Source: Lama glama (lineage: Eukaryota). From it: a stretch of DNA of 64,000 bases. The notes beneath the pieces are model-generated. The model saw only the letters and a list, made by a program, of their open reading frames with translations. It did not search any database and was not told the DNA's origin. The translations under genes and the position numbers were made by a program. Shown here piece after piece: positions 26,142 through 38,689 of this stretch (the stretch's first letter is position 1; the number at the start of each line of letters is the position of its first letter). Where the stretch lies: positions 47,184,001 to 47,248,000 of the forward strand of contig CM052816.1 in NCBI GenBank assembly GCA_028534125.1, given 5' to 3'.

Positions 26142-27356
26142 CGTTTTTTTTATGTTTTTATTTTTAAAAAATTTTTTAAACATTTTTTATTGAGTTATAG
26201 TCATTTTACAATGTTGTGTCAAATTCCAGTGTAGGGCACAATTTTTCAGTTATACATGAACATACATATATTCATTGTCATATTTTTTTTTTGCTGTGAG
26301 CTACCACAAGATCTTGTATGTATTTCTCTGTGCTATACAGTATAATCTTATTTATCTATTCTACATATGCCTGTCAGTATCTACAAATTTTGAACTCCCA
26401 GTCTGTCCCTTCCCACCCCCTTCCCCTCTGGTAACCACAAGGTTGTAGTCTATGTCTATGAGTCTGTTTCTGTTTTGTATTTATGTTTTTTAGATTCCAC
26501 ATATGAGCGATCTCATATAGTATTTTTCTTTCTCTTTCTGGCTTACTTCGCTTAGAATGACATTCTCCAGGGACGTCCATGTTGCTGCAAATGGCGTTAT
26601 GTTGTCGTTTTTATGGCTGAATAGTATTCCATTGTATAAATATNNNNNNNNNNNNNNNNNNNNNNNNNNNNNNNNNNNNNNNNNNNNNNNNNNNNNNNNN
26701 NNNNNNNNNNNNNNNNNNNNNNNNNNNNNNNNNNNNNNNNNNNTGCAGGTGTCTTTTTGAAGTAGGGTTCCTTTTGGATATATGCCCAGGAGTGGGATTC
26801 CTGGGTCATATAGTAAGTGTATTCCTAGTCTTTGAGGAATCTCCATACTGTTTTCCACAGTGACTGCACCAAACTGCATTCCTACCAGCAGTGTAGGAGG
26901 GTTCACTTTTCTCCACAGCCTCTCCAGCATCTGTCATTTGTGGACTTTTGAATGATAGCCATTCTGACTGGTGTGAGGTGATATCTCATTGTAGTTTTGA
27001 TTTGCATTTCTCTGATATTTAGCGACATTGAGCATTTTTTCATGTGCCTATTGATCATTTGTATTTCTTCCTTGGAGAATTGCTTGTTTAGGTCTTCTGC
27101 CCATTTTTGGATTGGGCTTTTTGTTTTTTTCTTATTAAGTCCTACTTATATATTCTGGAGATCAAGCCTTTGTCGGTTTCATCATTTGCAAAAATTTTCT
27201 CCCATTCTGTAGGTTGTCTTTTTGTTTTACTTTTGGTTTCCTTTGCTGTGAGGAAGCTTGTAAGTTTAATTAGGTCCCATTTGTTTATTCTTGCTTTTAT
27301 TTCTATTGCTTGGGTAGACTGCCCTAGGAGAACATTTTTGAGATGTACATCAGATA
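26142..27356 (-). mobile_element. Young lineage-specific L1, 5'-truncated (ORF2 C-terminus, 3'UTR, poly-A)
   Basis: ORF 26490..26930 gives YDPGIPLLGIYP...FAATWTSLENVILSEVSQKEKEKYYMRSLICGI*; T-rich tail at left; TSD core CACACCTTC at 26130-26138 and 27357-27365. Confidence 0.93.
26644..26743. other. Assembly gap (100 N)
   Basis: Run of N inside the young L1. Confidence 1.
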
Positions 27357-30084
27357 CACACCTTCCTTTGTAGTATAAATTATTTGAACATCTCTAGGAA
27401 GTCTGTCTCAACATGTCTAGCTATCACTAAAATATGTAAACAGTTAAGAAACCAAAAATAAGAGGGTCATATCCTCTTTCCTTTTCTTCTTCTTCTTATT
27501 TGTTCGGGGAGATAACTGAAACCATTTGGGGTGGTTTGAGTATATATGCAGATATGCCTTCTAATGGTAAACAATGCATGCTTGTTTCACCTAGTTTTTC
27601 AGGAGGAGACTTAGTTTAATGAAACAAAACAAAATGTCAGCTCCATAAAGGTTAACAAAAAATTCCAAGTTTGAATTTTAAAATTGTAGCATGTTTGAAT
27701 TTAAGTTTGGAGAGTTTTGTTTTCAGTATCGTCAAGCAAGATAAAATCTTGCTATTTTGATATATTTCATTTTTTAGAGAATTGTTTAATTTTTCTTGGT
27801 AAGAATTTTTTAACCTAACCAGAAATGATTGCTAACAGAAATTGAAATGATCATTCTTCTGTAGACTAAAGGCAAATAACTTTTTTCTTGCTCTTCATGG
27901 CCTCAGGCTAATTAACGTGGAAAGCTTGAAACCTAAGTTGCTCTGCTGTTTCACCCTTCTTGGGTACTTATGAGCTATTTCATAAATGACTTTCCCGAAT
28001 TCCAGTCAAGAAAATCAGGGCCTAGGGGCAATGAATCCAGACAGAAACCACCTCTATGGTCAAGTTATTGTTTCGAAGCCCTAATAAAACAATTAAAGCT
28101 CCTTGAGTCAATGACCCATATGGCTGTGTGTTTGAGACTTCAGCCATGATGGACTTTATAGTTTCATTGCATCTTTACCCACTTTAATAGTTTTCTCTTA
28201 TGAAATTATTGTTTGTTTATGGTTAAATTTACTTAAGCATTCTTTTAATTAAGAATAATGAAAAATATTCAGGAAATTTGATTTTAATTTAAACATTTCA
28301 AAAATTCTGTTTTGTATAAACTTAGACATATACAGACACTTAAGTTGGTCAGTGAAGGTAGGTTATTCAGATGGCTTGTTTTTAAATTTCAAATGATTGT
28401 ATCCCTTGATTAATGAATACTTTATATTTTAATATGTTAAGCGCAGGCATGTACACTGTAATTGTCAATTGCATAGTAATTTCTCAAAAGTTGGTCTAGG
28501 TTTAGTATTAATAAATTAATTTGATAATATATAATTCTATAAAACAATTGCCATCTTGGAAAATATATTGCAAGGACTCTTTTCTAAATACAGTTGAAAA
28601 GGAATACTTTGGTGAAATACTTTCCACATAATTTAAAAGTTACTTCTCCAAAAAATTAGGTAGATTCTTGTACTGGGATAAAAGCAACATATTTTCTTCC
28701 AGTACCACATATATAGTCACCTAACAGCAGATTCATTTTAGGAAAGATTTATTGACTTCTATTAGAAAGTTGGAAGAAGATTTCTATTATATAATATATT
28801 TAACACAATATACAGATGAGGTTTTGAGAAAGTATTTTCAATTTCATTTAAAAAGATGGAAATGGCATAGTAAAGTAAATGAGTGGAGTGAAGTTATACT
28901 TTTGCACTGAGCATTTTTTAGTCAAATATTAACTACAACATTGTGAATGGAGTTTGCCTTTTTCAAGGTTGGTCTCTAGTTCCTCCTTTGTCTCCATATA
29001 TGATTAGTCTCTGAATTCTGCAACAGTATCCTTAGAATGCATTTCTTTTCTGAGGACCAGAGCTACTACTGCAATTTAAAGCATCATTATTTCTGGTCTG
29101 GATCATTGCAGAAACCTAATTGACATTCCTAATTCTAGTTAATCCAGTTTGCTAATTTTTGTTTTTGTTTGCCTTCATGTGGTTTACATCTCCAGTGGTG
29201 GGTTTATCAGCAATGCCTCATGATGCTTAGTAATTTGGAGTAAGAGGAGAGTTAGCAAGATGCCTCTCTTCTCCAGTTCATCACAGTCCAAAATATGTAT
29301 CTTCCAAATCAGTCTTCCTGGAAATGCCATGTAATACCTGTAACATTTATTAGATGTGACTAAGGTATGATTTCTGCTATTAAGAAGCTTATATTCTAAT
29401 AAATTGCTGTATATGTTTGTGAGAGATTGTACTAGATGACCTTGAAGGTTCTGTGATGCTATCACATTTCTTTCAAGGCTAGATTGAGGTTCACTTTGTC
29501 CACAAAACTTTCCCTGACTAAAAAAAATTATCTTTTGCTTTAAGTCTATAATCTCAAATAGACTAAACTTCTGACATACTTGCTAATATATTTCTTGGCC
29601 TTGTTGTACCTGAAAGAGTTCTTTGTGATGGCATTTATTGTATGGAGATTGCAGAACTTCTGTCACAAACTACACAGAAAATAGGATAGTAAATTCAAGA
29701 GACAGGAAATGTGAAAGCAAAAAGGTAAAAATGTAACCTTTGATGTTAGGTGAATATAAAAGTTGTCTGAACCTTAACCCAGTTGGTAGAACTTAAGGCA
29801 TTAAAGTATCCACAGTGAAACCAGAGTGGAACAGGTTTCAAAGACATTTTAGAAACAGTCCTGTTTAAAAGCCATTTTACTTCCTTTTTTTAAAAGAACT
29901 GTCTGTGCATATTTGTTCCTTTTTTTAAATTAGGCATTTGGTCTTTTACTAATTGATTTATAAGAACTCTGTATATAACATCTAATAATGAATTATCCCT
30001 TTGTCATTTGAGTTACAAATGCTTTTTGCTAGTTAGTCTTCTGACATTATTTATATTGTTTCTCTACATGTAAATTTGATTTTT

Positions 30085-30277
30085 CTTAGAGTTTCATATT
30101 TTTAGAGCAGTTTTAGCTTCGCAGCAAAATTGATCGAAAAGTGTAAGAGTTCCTATGTACTCTGTCCTCACATATGCACCGCCTCATTCACTCTCATGGT
30201 GGAACGTCCTACCACATCAGGGTAGAACATTTGTTACAGTGATGAACGACTGATTGAACAGTTTGTTACAATCAGTG
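30085..30277 (-). mobile_element. Short L1MA/MB-type 3' end nested in an older L1
   Basis: ttttagagcagttttagcttcgcagcaaaattgatcgaaaagt motif; 13-bp TSD AAATTTGATTTTT at 30072-30084 and 30278-30290. Confidence 0.8.
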
Positions 30278-30479
30278 AAATTTGATTTTTTCAAAAATTT
30301 TTTAGTCTTTTATCACTTAGGAGGCACTTAGGAGATGTCATTTTTTTTTAGTATGATTCCATTTATTTTCTTTTTTTAATTTATTTTTTATAGCGGTAAC
30401 ATTGGTGGTTATTTGTTTGACAAGTCTTCTCTATTCTTGAAATTAAAAAAAAGTTATTCCATAATAGAAGTGATAACAA

Positions 30480-30720
30480 TGGCAGTAACAAGAAATAGTA
30501 CTAATTCATATTGATTGCTTACTCTGTACCAGGCCCAGTTCTTAACAATAGCTTGATTAGTAGGTAGGTTGAATTATTAGCTTCATTTTATAGAACAGGA
30601 CGTAGAGGTACAGAATGTTTGAATAACCTGTCCAAAAGTCATGTAACTCATATATGGTAGATTCTGTCCCAGGCAGTTTGGGCTTAGAGTACAGGCTCTT
30701 AAGCCAATATGCTATGCTAC
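30480..30720. mobile_element. MIR SINE
   Basis: ttgcttactctgtaccaggc...cattttatagaacagga...aataacctgtccaaaagtcat. Confidence 0.7.
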
Positions 30721-30779
30721 TTTTTAAAAAACATTTTATTATTTTTTTAATGTACTTATTTGGGATATTAGATTTGAGG

Positions 30780-31560
30780 TAGGAACTCAACTTTATTTTT
30801 GAACTGCGTAGATAGAGGAGGAGCCAACAAAGGGGAGTGTAAAGAATTGATATTCAAGGTAGGCGTAAAGCAAGGGATGTGATGGAGCTTGTTGGGATAG
30901 TACTGAGATTTAAGATAAGGAAAGATATTTTGGCCAGATGAAGTGTGTTTGATGATGGGTGTTTCAGTTGAATGGACTGAAGCAGAAGTCAGATGGGACC
31001 TACGTGGGGGGTACGAGAACACAGAAGCAGTGAAAACAAGTCTTTTGAAAAGTGGCTCTGTATTTGAGGAAGGGCAGGGGGCTGTAGAGTAAGGAAAATT
31101 ATAATTTTTTTAGAAAGGTGAAAGGTGTTGCAATGCTGATAGGAAGGATTTAAGTAGAGAAGAGAAAGGAGGAGATAGAGGTGGGAAGCTATTCACTAGT
31201 TGAGGTTCCTGAAATTAAAGAGAGGATGGGCTCTGAAGCATAGATACAGGAATTTGCTTTGTATAGAAGATGCTTTGTTATTTCTAGAGGGTGAGGAAAA
31301 AGACACGAGTGTAGATACAAGTGATTGTGAGGTTGATGGTGGCAAATGAGAGTTCCCATTTGATGCTGTTGTTATTTTCTCTGTGAAGTAGATGTCCTCT
31401 GTGGAGTGGAGTTAGAAGTTTGAGGGAGGTTGGAAGTGTGATGAGATGGGAGAAGTTTTGAATTAGCTATTATGGAGAACAAGAGAGGAATTGATGAGAG
31501 CAAACTAAGGGCATTTTTGAACCTTATTGAAGGCCCACTCACTGAAAGCTGGTGATGACA
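30780..31560 (-). mobile_element. L2 fragment
   Basis: Purine-rich antisense L2 motifs (agagaggatgggctctgaagcatag, ttctctgtgaagtagatg). Confidence 0.55.
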
Positions 31561-32027
31561 GTATGAATTAAATTTTTTTTCTAGCGACTTTCAGGCCATT
31601 TCTGCCATCACACTTAATGCAGTTAATGCTCTTTAATTATTTACCACCAGTGTAGAATTAAAAAACAGTCATACTGCTTTTAGAGCTTGCCAAGGTAGTG
31701 TTACATGTATTGAATAGAGTAAATTTGGAGGATGAAAAACATCAGTATTTTTCACTTCATTTTTGTATCCTTAAATAATGGAGAACATTTCTTGGCAGTA
31801 GATTTTGAATGTATATGCTACTTTATTTAACTTCTGTTGATATGGATGTGACCCTTGGATAACTTGTAGAGGATTATGAGATGAGATCAAATATTTTAAG
31901 TTTAAGCATATGTGGTCTTGAATACCTAAATGGCAGAATAATAAGGATTTTGATGGTGAACCCATCTCTCTTAGAGTATAATTTTCAAAATATATAGAAA
32001 GTTTTCCAACAATGTCCTCAAATCTAA

Positions 32028-32174
<147 letters not shown>

Positions 32175-34960
32175 TAAGGCAAGGATAGGCTGATTTTGAC
32201 TGGCACTTTCAAATCTCTGTTTAGTTTACCAGGCTGATTAACTTCCTAGAAGTTAAGTGCTTATTCCAATTTTCTAAAAACATGAAAAAGGAAAATTATG
32301 AGAAATACCTAGCTTCCTTATTTCTCTTATTTGAGATTCTAGTATTTTATCTGCTTAGTGCAAAAGGTGATAGAGTCATGGTCAAGAATTTAGTCCCCTC
32401 TTCCCTGTCCCCTTCTGTCCATGGCCATTCAAAATACCACATGACTTTTCTAGTTACCTTTAAATAAAGTTGGACAACAAGAGGCAGAAATTGAAGTGCT
32501 TACATATTTTCACCACTGTTGGAAAAAATGTCCTATAGTAGTCAAAGCACATGTCCTATTCTTGGTGACTTAGTTGAGAGCTTGTTATGAGAGATGGGGT
32601 TTCTTTGTTTTACTGCAAAGAATTTTAAACTTTGATTTAGCAAGGAGGGGGTGAGGTTATTTTATGATACTAATTTTGTTTACTGCACTGTAAGCTTACT
32701 CATATCCCCACTCCTTCTGCAGAGTAGCTGTCACCTTGTTGAAATTTGTACAATAAATGAATAAAATCAAAAAGAAAGAAGTTAAATATAGGAGGTACAG
32801 TGAGGCAAAAGCAGTAAAACTCTGCACACAGAAATACATGCCACGGTCTTGTGTAATTATGAAAGGTAATTTATAGATTTGGTACCATGACTACAGTTTT
32901 ACTACAATTATTCATCTCTAATAAATAACCAAATTCTGTTAATGATTTGTATATCAGTTTTCTTTTGTTTAGACCTTTTGATGTTAAAAAACAATGGATA
33001 ACTCTTATCCTCCTAATGATTTTGTAAATTGCAAGACAAATAATGTGTTCTATCCACAAAACTTAAATTTTCTCCATAGAATTTATTTTCTAGTTTTAAT
33101 TATTCTTCTTCTCTAATGCTTTATTCTTTTCCCATATCAATGTTCAAGTATAGGAAAATATTCAGACTGTTTAAAAAGTGTTTTGAACACTGCACACAAT
33201 GTGTATAGAATATGTGAGAGAACAGTAGTTTAAAAATGTATATTTTATTAGCAAAATAAATAATGACTAATGTTTTAGTAAAGTTGAAAGCCTCTATCAG
33301 AGCTATTTATAAGTGAAAAGAAAAATCAATTATATGTAACTAGTTTTTAACTATGCAGCTTTGTGCCCTGTGCAATCTTGCTTACTTTGTTTTGCTTAAC
33401 ATAGATCATGAAAGGGTGAACATCTGCCAGGCAAATATCATTAATTCTAAATAAATAGAATATTAATTTTAAAACTAGTAAAGTACATATTAAGGTAGCT
33501 TATTTTCTATTGAGAATTGTGTATTTCTAGACTCTGTTTATGGTAAGTCTGCAGGGAGACTTCCAGGCCTCTTTTGGCTTTCTAGATCTTGGCAGTCTTA
33601 TCCCATTTTAGTCTATAGGCAATATCTACTTCTTACATAATCTGCTTTCCCTTTGTTTCTATAAAAATTATATTCACCAGTGAAAACTAAAACTTCAGAG
33701 AATGAAAGCTGATTCTCTTCTCTATTAATATGAAACGATGTATTTAAAATCTTTACTTTTTTGACAAGTATGTCTGAAGTATTCATACTTCTCATTTGAA
33801 GAGGAGCTCAACCTTCAAAAGTAAACATGAAGTTACTGTTTTTTGTGATCTTGATTTGCTTTTATAACTAGATTAGTGTTAATTAATGCTGTCTTTAATT
33901 CCAAATCAGGTTTCAAGGATACTGATCAGAATTTTCTAGTAATAGTTACTCTTCTGCTATAGTTAGTTTCATTTTCTTTCTGTGTTTTTGTTTGTTTTGC
34001 TCTGTGTCCTTAAGAGCATCTATTTTTTTAAATGCTAATTCTGAAATTTTTAGGTCTTGGAGCCACATTGCTGAATGTTGTCTAACTGTTGAATAAGACC
34101 ATTGATACTACCATTTTGGAGAATTATTGTTCTTGAAGTGATGCTGTTTTAATATTAAGAAAATGTAAAATCTCTTCTAAATTGCTCATGTGAAAATATT
34201 ATTGATCAGAAATGACAGTTTGCATTTTAAACCATATGATGCTGCTGAGTTGAAGAAAGAGAAAGGAAAGATCCGATGGCCTTCTTTGTTGTCAATAAAT
34301 GCTTAAAGGAATTTAAGGGGAGAGGCTTATGAGGACTTTTAAAATTACGAATAGTGTAGGATGGTTTGGGGGTGACTCTGTTGAGTAGATCTGTTTCATA
34401 GAGCTATTCAAGTGTATGGATGTACAGATACCACAATAGGTTAATCATGAGTATGACAAAAGAAACTTCTTAGTTTCGGCATATGTCATCTTAATTTTTA
34501 TTTCACTAGTATCATTTATTCAAATTGCAAAAATTGATTTTTTTAAAGTTATGTTTTCTCTTTTTATTATGTAAATTAGTTTCTGTCCAAGTCTCTCATT
34601 GACCTCTGTCTCTTTTAGAATGGAAGGTGTGAAGTGGCACCTGTTATATTATGTTGGCTTAATGAGTAAGCCTACCATTTTCTTGAATAAGTCAGTACCT
34701 TGAAGAAATTAGCAATTTTTGCTTATAAATTAGCCTGTTGATTTTTAATATTAAAAAAATTGACTAGTTTTCTAGCTCTTGTTAAATAATATTTATATAG
34801 TCATTAGTATTATAGATCTTAGTTTTTTTTTAATGCAGTCTTTAGCCTGGTTTAATTCCATTAATTTACCTTCAAAATGTTGTAAAACTTCATACTGATA
34901 AAATTTTTATTTCTGTTATCTCATTTGGATCTGTATACTTTGAACTTGGTAGAAGAGGAG

Positions 34961-35400
34961 ATGTATTGGGGTATGTTATGACTTCAGAAATCTCAGTGTC
35001 TGAACTTAATAAAAGTTTCCCAGACAGGAATCAGGGTCAGATGGGGAACCTCAGAGGGGTCAGGCAGCTCTCCCTCACAAAATGGTAATTCAAGGATTCA
35101 CGTGGTTACTTACGAGGCTTCTTCTGTCTTGTGGCTCCCCTGTTTCTTCTACTTCCTGGAGTCCTTCTATTAGATGCTATTCCAGTTGGCAAGTAAAGAG
35201 AGAGTGGGCTGTGGATATTTCAGGAGATTCTAGGAGCCAAGCTTAGAAGTCCAGATATCATTTCTGTCCACATTACATCATCTGGAGCCCTGTGACTGGT
35301 TCAGGCCAGTGTGTAAGAAAGGCTGGGACATGTAAGTACTTTTCATTGTACCCAGGAAGTAAAAGCAGGATTGGTGAGTGTCTAGTCCTTCTTTGCTATA
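34961..35400 (-). mobile_element. Old MaLR LTR (MLT1J/K-like)
   Basis: aaatctcagtgtctgaacttaataaaagtt and catttctgtccacatt...aaggctgggacatgtaag motifs. Confidence 0.55.
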
Positions 35401-38400
35401 GGTAGTACTGTCTCCATTTTCATAGGTGAGAAAACAAGTTTTAGCTTTACTCTTGTTCACATACTGAAAAATGAAAGAGATCCAGGCCTCTCACCCTTGA
35501 AAACCTGATTCATGGTCTCGTATTTATTTGATTTATGGCTGCTCATCAGCTCCAGGCCCTTGTCCTGGAACTGCTGTACTTGAACAGAGATTTGAATTTG
35601 GTGGAGGTGAACTTTTCTACAAGCACTGTAACACTCTGTTGGCAGTTTAGAGAGTAATTTATTTAAGGTTTTCTTTTTTCTACCTTTTTTCCTAGCTGTA
35701 CTTCTAGAAGGTATCCTCAGGTTATAGGTAGCATATGATTTCTCTTTACTTACTGTACTCCTATGGCTTCTCTAGGAGTATATAGTCACCTTTTATTCTT
35801 AACTAAATTAAAGGGCTCATCAGCATTTTTTGGATTACTAAAAAGCATGCTAAGTGTAAGTAGAGTGTAAGAAATAACATCTGTTCTTAAAATTATACAT
35901 CTCACCTCAATTTGCAATTAAATTTATTCCACATTACTAAATTGTATTTGTTTTGTATTCCATTCTTCTATTTTTTTAACTGAAAAATATTTTTCTTCTA
36001 GAAAATGTTATTGTCCTTTTTTTACATGACTTTTTATATGACTATCAAACTTTGTTGACGCATTCCTGCTTTAACAAGTATTTAAGTAGCAAGATCTTTT
36101 CTGCCATACCTGTGAGCATGTTATTGACCTTGAAAAACTCAACTGTGAAGAGTCTGGTGCTCTCGAATTGCTCTACTCCCCACTTCTGCCCAAAGGGAAG
36201 AAAAATTGTGCGAAGTTTGGTTTGTCTGTACCTTTACTGTGAAATACCTTCCCTAACACAAGGAACATTTATTCTACATTGCTCAGATCTCCTAAAGACT
36301 TTAGTTCTCTATCATGTCCAGCATACTACTGATTTGTAGCCAGAGTATTCTCTCCTTTCTATTGTAATTAAAGTTCCTTTTTGTTTTGAAGTTTGCTTGG
36401 CCCCTCTTTTCATGGAGAGGTAAGTGGTAGGTTACATTCTTTGTACATTTGAATAGTGGGTTTTGCATGAGGAGTAGGATCTTGCTTTTTCCTCCATTAT
36501 AGCTTCCTTGCTGAACCTGCTTTCTGTTTTCCTGATTGTTCAGCTCAAACCTTATGCATTTTTCTCTGTCCCTTTATCTCTGTCTCTCTAGGCTCTCACT
36601 TTGGTCTGCTACTTCCCTTCATATGTCCCTCATTGAAAAAATGTTATGGTTGGATTTATTATGATTTTGTCTTACCCTATATTGGGTAAAGAGGGTGTAA
36701 AAACACCGTATTCAATTGCTCTAATTTTTTTTGCTTGTTCTCCTTTGCATGTTGCCTGACCCAAGAATTTGCAAATTCCCTTTGGTGAGAGAAACCTACT
36801 ATTCAAATGCACAGTAGGTGGGACCTATGACCTAAGGGAAAGGTTTAAACCTTCAGCTACTACCCTTATGGAATGCCTGAGTCCTCGCTCTCCTGCCTTA
36901 GCTGTCTTAATGTCCAGTTCCAGATGTCATTGATACTCCAGTAAAGTTTCCAATAAATAACAAAGAGAATGTACATGTATAATAAGTGAATTTTTAGTTA
37001 CTTGTACTTAAAGATTTTCTAGGCTTTTGGTGGTGTTTGTTTTCCCTTAAAATTTTTTTCCACTTGTAAATTATTATGGAGATTTAGAATGGAGACTAAA
37101 ACTGTCTTTAGTGACTTGTGTTGTGAAATAGTTTAGTATGATTATGTATTAAAGCTTTTTTAGCTTGCTCTCAGTAGTCAGCTTTTCCATATTTGTTCAT
37201 GTTGAGATTTTCATTTTAAATTTCTGTAAGTTTTACTTCTGAAAAATTTTAAAGTTATTTGCTTTAAATGGCATTGCTGCTTGAATTTTTTAGTCAGTAC
37301 GTTCTCTATTTTCTGATAGATGTTTTTTCAGTACTGTTGAACTGCCTTAGTAAGAAACGTTGAAGTTTGATATTATTTTATGTAAGAGGTTTATACAAGA
37401 AAATTACTGAAAAATTATTTCAATTATTTTGTAGAGTATAATACCAAGTTGGTTTTGTTATCTGAGACACTGCTGACAGTCTGAACATAAGTAAAAAAAA
37501 GCCACTGAATAGCCAACCTAAATGTCATAAAATACACTGAAATTAATAAATTTAACTTAACTGCGAGAGTTTCAGTTTATTAGTGAGATTCTGTTAACAC
37601 TCTTTTTTCTTAAAGTTCATTTTTTTCTATTACTAACACAGGACATGCCTATGATGTAGAAAAAGATGAGAAATTGATAAAAAGGGAAAAGTAAGAGGTA
37701 ACGGACTGTATGCCTATCAGCTAAAGACAATCTCTGTGTAAATTTTGTATTTCCTTCTAATCTTTTCTGTTCATAGTTTCCTCTCCTGGATGTGATTATA
37801 TCATGTGTCATCATGTTCCTTTTGCTTAACATATTAACATAAAGCATTTTTCTCTAATTGTATTTTTGTAATCATTGTTATTAACTGCTACATTGAGTCT
37901 AAACTAATAAACTTTTATACGTGTCTCCCAAGCTGGTTTTTGAAAGGCCTAGTGCAGTAGTTACAAGGAGACTGCACGTCATTTTGCTGACATAGACATA
38001 CCAACTAACAGCAAAGGGAAAGAACAAAACTTGAGGCCAGAAGTTGAAGTACATATCATGTGATATGGAATCAAGCTGTGTATGAAGACTGTTGAAGAAA
38101 ATTGTGCAACTGTACTTTTAGGTTTTACTTTGAATCATGACAACTTTAGACAGCTGTTCCATGCTGCCTGGTAGTGTTTATGTGTTCCACTTCTTAGGCA
38201 GCTTTTTCAACACAAATCCTCTCTTTGAACATTATATTTGCCTGCTTTGACCTCACTATAAGCTCTTTAAACAGGAGCCCATCACCCTCATCTTCAGCCA
38301 CCACACCCACAACCTAAATACATGTGCAACTTCTTTGTTTAATGTTTATATAATTTTAATTTTGGCCTATGGGGTACGTATCCTGTTAGGTACTAATTCC

Positions 38401-38689
38401 TGCATTTGTGCTCTGTACCTCATTCTCTTTAACCTTCACCCAGACTTTGTTTCTTTGGCCATTTCCTCTCTTCTTTGCCATTAATTGCTTCATATCTGTT
38501 GGATTGTTCCTATTAGCACACACAGTTCTTTTTTTAAGGTCTCCCACTAAAAACAGCAACAACAAATAAAGAAGAGCCACAACCCCGTCTCCCTTCCTTC
38601 TTTTAAAAAAAAAAATGCCTCTCCCATATCTATTCCTTAGTTTTTGGCCTATTTCCTTGTTTTCCTTCATAACCAAATTTGTTAACATG

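Noticed and set aside
29026..31772. Extra GTATCCTT motifs at 29026 and 31765
   Set aside because: No upstream exon; one or two chance hits of an 8-mer are expected in 64 kb.
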